DNA from: the human T2T-CHM13v2.0 reference genome, Homo sapiens
DNA: 64,000 bases
Direction: 5' to 3' (one strand)
Assembly (NCBI RefSeq): GCF_009914755.1
Contig: NC_060927.1
Shown here: piece by piece, positions 56,260 to 64,000 of the stretch
How the letters are laid out: the number at the start of each line of letters is the position of its first letter
Position numbering within the stretch: the first letter of the stretch is position 1
Made by a program: the position numbers and the translations under genes
Notes under the pieces: model-generated
Told to the model about the DNA's origin: nothing
Databases searched by the model: none
Seen by the model: only the letters and a program-made list of their open reading frames with translations

Positions 56260-56673
56260 TGACATGGTTTGGGTGTTTTGTTCCTTCCAAATCTCATGTT
56301 GAAATATAATCCCCGATGTCGGAGGTGAGACCTAGTGGGAAGTGTTTGGGTCATGGGGGTTGTGCGTCCCTCATTAATGGCTTGATGCTGTCCTTGCGAT
56401 AATGAGTGAGTTCTCACTCCGAGTTCATGGGGAATCTGTTTGTTTAAAAGAGTGTGGCACCTCCCCCTTCTCTCTTGCTCTTGCCACGTGACATGCTGGC
56501 TGCTAGTCAGCTCCCACCATGATTGTCAGCTTCCGAGCCCTCACTAGAAGCAGATACCACCCCACCACCATGTTTCCTTTAAAGCCTGCAGAACTGTGAA
56601 CCAATTAAAACTCTTTTCTTTATAAATTATCCAGCCTCAAGTATTTATAGCAACACAATAATGGCCTAACACA
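56260..56673 (+). mobile_element. MST solo LTR (MSTB-like)
   Basis: tgacatggtttgg...ccaaatctcatgttgaaat...aagcctgcagaactgtgaaccaattaaa...ggcctaacaca. TSD atcta / accta. Confidence 0.92.
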
Positions 56674-57224
56674 ACCTACAACTCTCTATATGTATTTGTG
56701 TGTATTTAAAACATGCAGGAAATAACACAGAATCCAAGGCACCCAAAACTCATTAAAAAATGGAATCAAGAATTCATATGCCATTATGAAATTAGCCAGT
56801 CCTAAAATCTGACCTCTCTGCATTTTCACATTATTCTCCTCTCTCTATCCCTGCCTTCCTCCCTCCCTTCCTCCAACTGTCAGAATTGTCCTGTAATCAA
56901 ACATGTTCACATCACAGCTTTTCATTTTCTATTTCCAATCAATTGACCAGTCTAGACCAAGTAGCATCCTGGATCCGTATTACATATTCCTAGACAGTAA
57001 GCCAGATTTTTTTTTTCACACTAGTTGTTTCTTCTCACTTAATTGATAACAGTGAAGAACCTCAGATGCCATGACAGGGAGAGAGTAAATGGAAACTGGA
57101 TAAATTGAACCTGGGTCTGGGACTTTTACTTCAATGACAGCTGCCTATTTGTATATGTTTTATGTATGGGAATTTCTTGTACGCTTCCAGAGAAAGAGAG
57201 AGAGCATAACAGAGAGTGTGTGTG

Positions 57225-57385
57225 AGAGAAAAGGTAAATAAAATAAAAGAGAGGAGGCTAGAGGGGAAAAAAGAAAGAGAAAAGAAGGGAAGGGATGGGA
57301 AGGAAAAGAAATTGATGAAAAAGGAAAGGAAAGAGAAAAGGATGAGAAAGAGAAAGCAAGGGGAGGGAAAGGGGAAGGGAGAATT
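57225..57385. repeat. Polypurine (GA-rich) low-complexity tract
   Basis: Almost purely A/G on the + strand. Confidence 0.85.
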
Positions 57386-57434
57386 CAGTGGCTAAAAAAA
57401 TCACTTGAAATCACTATGTACTACACCTTTTTTG

Positions 57435-57492
57435 TTGTATCCCAATGGAGAAACAGAACTTTTTTGTATCCTGATGGAGAAACAGAACTTTT
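57435..57492. repeat. 29-bp tandem duplication
   Basis: ttgtatcccaatggagaaacagaactttt / ttgtatcctgatggagaaacagaactttt. Confidence 0.92.
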
Positions 57493-58379
57493 TTCTTAAA
57501 AAAGAAAGTAAATCTAAAATGTGGATATATGGATACCCAGTATCACATTCATTTCTTTATAGAATACTACCTTTGACAGCTTTTCAAATTCCCATTTACC
57601 TCACATTAAGATCTCTCTCTATAAAGGGTTCCTTTAAGGAACATCTTGGTTGCTGTTCCCAGAGACCAATACTTATCTATGAAGCCCCAAAGAATAATAA
57701 TATGCAACCACCCAAATATCTAAAGAGTAATACTTTTGCTGTGTCAGCCATCTTAGGAATTATGGGACTTTAAAAATATTAGCAACACTGAGATTTTCAT
57801 GAATTATATAGATAACTTTATGATTATAGAAACATGTTAAAAGCCAAAAATAGTCCAAGAAGCTATTATGTCTTCTGGGCCACAAATCTGGCTGGTATTA
57901 GGGATGACAGTGGAGACCAGTAAGTTGGATTTAAATTAGATATACAAATAAATGTTTATACTTGAAATATTTTGAAGAAACAGAAGTAACTGCAAAATTA
58001 TGAAGTGTGCCTGAGATAGTGTCACAATAGAGAACAAGGAAGCTTAACAGTGCAAGGTTGAATGTAGTGAATGGAAAAAAATAAAATAAAACCATTTCAT
58101 GTCTTTATTCCATCAAGCTCAAACTGCTTGCTAAACTTCTTACACCATCAATACACAGACCTACCCAGTGTTACTTTCAATGTAATGGCAATAAACTTTC
58201 AGTGACATTTGGTGAACTCCACAAAGAAGAGTTTGTTGGTCTTTACCTACTTACGTGAATAATATAATCTCTTCATATTTACATGATAGAGAACTAGAGC
58301 CAAAAGCAACAAAAATAAGCAAATAAAAATGTTATTTGTGTTTTGACACATGGTTTAGTTATCATTAAAGTTTGAGGGT

Positions 58380-58733
<354 letters not shown>

Positions 58734-61124
58734 TTAAAACTTTTAAGGGTGTTGGATTTTGTCTTGACATACTTTGCTCATAGAAATAAAAGTGTTATTG
58801 ATGTTTGACATTGCCCTTTCGGTCAGCATGACTGAGAGTTCTCAAGACTGCCCCAGAGCCTTCCACTCAGATGATTCCTTTTCTCCTTTTGTATGTACTC
58901 ATGTGAAAAACAGCTCCTCTTGCTCCCTTTTCCTTCCTCTTTTCCATTCTCATTCTATTCTACTTCCCCTTCTGCCGGAGTACATCTCTAAATACTGTTG
59001 GAGGAAGGGAAATTAGAAGTTCTACCTGGCTGCTTCTCCAGCAATGAACAAAAGGACTTCCCACCCAGTCATCTCTCAGGAAGGTGCTGCTGCCACTTCT
59101 CCATTACGAAGGTGGAGGGAAGAACACAAGGTCTACTCACTCAGAGCACCTCTATACTTAGCCCAGAAGATTTAGGCAATTATTCATTGAAGGTGTTTGA
59201 GTAATTGTGACCAAACTATAAAGAGCTGGGTGGTGGCAGTAGGAGAAGAGTGAGTGATTGAGTTTTGAACCCCTGATCAAGTTATTTTGTCCCTTTATAT
59301 CACACAACAGGCCCTCACTGCCCAGACTTTTCTTGTTACTCTCGGAGACACCTATCGAGAGTATACCATAGATAGCACATGTATTAAATTGCTCTTACTT
59401 CTCCTTGAACTGCTACAGTCCTTTCTTTTAGTAATATGGCCCATCGTCTCTTTTCCTCTCTCCCTGAAGCAACAACTTTGTAACTAGTCACCATCAAGCC
59501 CTTTGATGTCTTGCACATTCCACAGCTCAGGCATGGAATAGTGCTGGCTTATCTCCCCTCCACGTGAGACAAGGGTGGGACTCTGAGTCATGGTCCTACG
59601 TTTTTCCTCAGAAAATGGTGGAATAAGTGCTGGTTGCCTGGATGGATGGAAGGAGAGTAGAAAAACAACAGGGTTTTTCATTCTGAACTTCATTTAGTAC
59701 TCTCTAAAATCAAATACAAAATTTCTTTTGACTCCATCCTTTCTCAAAAGAAATCTATACTTCTTATTACTTTGATATTATCTCTTCCATGTAAACAAAT
59801 ACCCCAAGCTTATTATGTGAAAGCAAGCCATGAGTTATTTAAGAAAGTATCCTCTATTAACTTGACAATGAAAACCATTATCAAATAAATTATTTCTCTC
59901 TAATCTGGGAGGCTAAAAATATTTTCCTTCCTCACCTGGGGATAATTAAAATATTTTATATAGGGAGAAAGGCACTGAAATAAATCACATTATTAAATTG
60001 GGACCAAAATTTCATTTTCACAATAGAGGAAAAGATTTTGATTAAAACGTTATCTTGAAAAATAAAACCAAAATTATAAAAATGTGATAAAATATAATCT
60101 GATATTTAATCAAACTTTGTTTATAACTGCAAACATAGTTCAATTCTTGGAAAAGACAAATATATTTGTTTTTTTGCTGACAAATCTATAGTATTGCATG
60201 TTACCACATTCTACACCAAACATTTGATTATTTTCAATACAATTAAGTGGATTATTTTTGCAAATATATATATGTATGTATATACGCTCAATCAATTTTT
60301 GCAAGGACCTCTCTTAGATCATCTTAAATTCTTGAGTTTTCAAATCATTCTCTTTTGCAACTTCAGTCCTGTCCACATCCTTAGTTTTTTTTTTTTTTTT
60401 TTTTTTCCTTCTCAATTGTTTGCTCATTTGCCAATGGCATTGAATAAGATCTAAGTATTTTTCTAACAATTCTTTCCTGGACTTCATGGAATTCTGTATC
60501 TTTTGCAAAACATTAAGTCTCATTTGGTAATAAATTTGCAATATATTTACCTTGCAAACATCCAGGAATAGAGGTAAAGTGAACCACAAAGAGATAGAAA
60601 GTTGCACGCAGGAGATGTCTATACAGATTCTACTGTTAAAGCAAGATACTTAAAGGGTATTTGAGAGAGAACTGAAGTTTCATGTTAGTTCATCCATGAA
60701 TTTTCTTTCTGATTCTCTATGCAACCTTGTAATACAGGTCCCTAGAAAATAACTACACAGATAAACAAGGACCCTGTGTATAAGAAAATGAGGTTTAACT
60801 CAATTGGCTTCCCAAGATCTCTTAGAGAATTAAAAAGAGAAGGAAAAACTACTCTATGCTTCTTAATTTGTTCTTGTTTTACAAATCTTGATAAAGTCAT
60901 GCATATTAAGCAGTCAAAATTCCTATGGAATCATTTGTAAAACTAATAGTGCAAGCAATTAAATATGTCTGGATTTTACTCTGGGTACTAATAGGACTGG
61001 TTCCAGGCAAAGCTGTGATGTGAAAGGAAGAGATATTCATGTTTACCCTCCTCCATGTTTGTGTTAGGTAAATTTTCTTAGATGCTTTGGTACTTGTACT
61101 CTTTCTTTTCTGAATTTCCAACAC

Positions 61125-61700
61125 TGTTCTCCTGGTTATCTATGATCACATGACGAACTACACCACAACTTAGTGGCCTAAAATAATATTGCATTATTAT
61201 TTCTCATGATTCTGTGAGTTTATGAGTCTAGTTACGTGGTTCTCACTTGAAGTCTTATATGTGATAACAGGCAGATGTTAGTTGGGGCTACAGTCATCTG
61301 GAGTCATCCATAATGATTCACTCATACGGTTGGTAATTAATGCTGCTACCAGCTGGTAGCTCAATTGGGACTGTTAAGCAGAGTACCTACCCTTGGCCCC
61401 TCTGTTTGGTTTAAAATCCTCTCAGAATAACAGCTTCCCTGCAGGAGCATCCAAGAAGTAAACACTCCAAGAGACTCAGGCAGAAGCTGTAAGACTCATC
61501 ATAGTGACAGCATCAGAAGACACAGAATGTCTCTTTTGCTACATTCTATTGGCCAAGCAAGTCATCAAGGCCAGCTCAGATTCAACAGGATGAGGAGGAA
61601 ATTAGCCTACAACTTCTGATGCGAGAGTGTCACATTAGGAAGGCATGTGGAACTGGGGATGCTATTGTGGTCATCTTTGGAAAATATTATCTTCCATGCC
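61125..61700 (-). mobile_element. MLT1 LTR (MLT1H-like)
   Basis: caacttagtggcctaaaataa...tctcatgattctgtg...ggggctacagtcatctgg...acattctattggccaagcaagtcatcaaggccagctcagattcaa. Confidence 0.8.
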
Positions 61701-62019
61701 CTCCAAGTTGCCTCCAGAAACCAAGGTTACCTAGAGTGTGAACTTGTTCCAGATCCTGCTTCCCCCAAGTGTACCCCATTATGAAAGCCTGTTTTCATCT
61801 TCTCTTCACTCAAAATGAACTTTTTCTATGTTTATGGCCTATAACCATGCTTTCTTCTGGGAAACTGAAAAATAATGTAGATTAATGTGTTAATGACTAC
61901 TGAGCTATTGCCTAACACTGGTAACATATTTGTCATCAAGCCATAATTTTGTCACAGTAAATGACTTAACTCAACATAAATAATTAAGAACAATTTTTGA
62001 ATATTTTCAAAATGTATGA

Positions 62020-62250
62020 TGAATAATAAATACCTTCTTATGGGCCATGTAGTAAACTCAGTGATATATGTATATAGTAACTCATTTGCTATTCATTGCA
62101 ATCCTGTGAGTTAGATATTATTTGCATGTTCATTTAGCAGGTAAGGAAATTAAGGCTTAGAGAAAGTAGAAGCCTTGACAAGTATTTCATCACTAGTAAA
62201 GGACAGGGTTTGAATTTCTTCCCAGATGTGTATGAGACCCAATTGTTCCT
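62020..62250 (-). mobile_element. MIR SINE
   Basis: caatcctgtgagttagatattatt...gtaaggaaattaaggcttagagaaagt...gggtttgaa. Confidence 0.65.
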
Positions 62251-63824
62251 CCAACCACTAAGAATATTGCCTCCCATGCTAACAAAATCTGTCTCCAGTC
62301 CCAAGAATATAAAACCTTCTTGAACTTCCTTTTCTTCTAGTGTTTTACAAGCCATCAAATTTTCATCTTTTTATGGGATTTTCAAATAAGATACAAAATA
62401 TATATAATTGTCCTTAACTTTTAATTCATCTTGCCCCTTATCACAAACACAATATAATACATAACAGCTGAATGAGAAAAATAGTAAAGAAGGTTGATTC
62501 TGCTTATTATTTGGTCAAAATAATAAACATATATACATGTACACACACAAAGTAGAGTCTAAATTTGGAGGGTTTTTCAAAATATCTTACTTCAGTCAGA
62601 GTAGGAATATTTTCCTTTTACTTGAATCATACCTAGGATTTAAATTTGGTTCAAGTTAAAATATGAAGTGATCCCATTCATGATATTTCTTTATTAGAAA
62701 GTATAAGGGACAAATACAAGAAATGCCAAAAAATGAGCTTCTCTCTCAACTTGTAGGAACTTCTCAGTTCTATTGCTATTGCATATATTTATTATTTTCT
62801 GGCAGCATCTCTTGGAGTTTGTTCTCTCCTTGTCCTTAGTTCCTATATGTGCAGCTGACCCACCCTACAGTTCTAGGGTTGAAACATAACCTAGAGCCTT
62901 CCAAAAGAGTGACCATTTCCATGGCTACAACAATCAATTTAGGGGTAGGTATGTGAAAAAACAAAAAACAAAAACAAAATTTAGAGTCCTCACAAATATT
63001 TTTGCAAGTACTCTTAGGTAAAAGACTCCCCTTTGCTCTGAGAAAGCTAATGATGTGGATGATGTAAGCCCAGCATTACACTGGGTGACCCCTAGGCTGT
63101 GGTAGGTAATCTGCATTAACTCCTTCTTATCTTTGCATGCATGCCCTTTGCATTGTGACTTTGCTACTTGTGGCAAGAGATGAAGTCCTTAGAAACCATA
63201 CAGAAAGAGTCTGCCATAAATAAATTATTCAATAGAAAAGTAAAAAGAGATAAATAGAAAGAGCTTTTAAAGCTGTAGGGACCTTAAGATTTCATTTAAG
63301 CTTCTATATCTAGTGACACATGAAGTCCATCCTGGACTTTGTAGATACATAAGTAAATAAAATCTATTTTTACATAAGCTATTTGAAAGGGGGTTTCTGT
63401 CGCTTGTGCCAAAATTGATCTGGCTTACATTTCAAATTATGTGTCCTTATGAATTTCAACTTAAAAATTGTAAAATTTGAGATATAGAAATAATAAAATA
63501 TTTGAAATAAGCTTCAAGTAGTAGTTACTATTTCTACTCCTTAACTATTAAATATAATAGCTAATATTTATAAAAATACATGGATATTATTTAAAATTTG
63601 TTATATATAATTATTACTTTTTATTAATATTAGCAGATCTAATAAACTGTGTAGCTAGTATCTAAAATTCCAATCTCATATTATTTGTAGTTACTATATG
63701 CTCAACTTCTTGACCCATTATCAACTATTAAAATACTCCTAAATTATGATAATTCATACATTTCCTATTTAATATATATTAAATACGGCTGTTTTCTTTT
63801 TTAAAATTTTTCAATGTCTTAACA

Positions 63825-64000
63825 CAGTTTATCATTCAATAAACATTTATTGAGTATATTTTTAAAATGTTTGCTGATTATATATCATGTGCTAAACACA
63901 ACTCAAGATATTGGAAACTTCTCAATGAATAAAATATATAAAGCCTACGTTCTTACAGAGTATATGTATTGGGGATGAGAACAATAAGCAAATAAGTATT
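63825..64000 (-). mobile_element. L2 3' end
   Basis: cattcaataaacatttattgagtat...tgtgctaaacac...aatgaataaaata. Confidence 0.6.

Overview
AT-rich, CpG-poor primate genomic DNA. AluY elements point to a catarrhine, most likely human, although the species cannot be proven from the sequence. The window looks intergenic or deep-intronic: I found no CpG island, recognisable protein-coding exon, RNA gene or CRISPR array. The supplied ORFs are chance or repeat-derived. Content is mostly interspersed repeats: 14 Alus (J, S and Y), old L1 and L2 fragments, MaLR elements (a complete THE1D with intact TSD, THE1/MST solo LTRs, many MLT1 LTRs), ERVL-type LTRs and MER8/MER20 DNA transposons. Subfamily names are from recall of consensus sequences and need RepeatMasker/Dfam confirmation. 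The most unusual signal is four separate 60-140 bp direct-orientation copies of local sequence, 1-5.6 kb from their partners and each at or inside a transposon boundary. These look like recurrent templated insertions (template switching). A ~600 bp coding-like segment at 5300-5915 is unidentified. I found no evidence for a new protein-based system.
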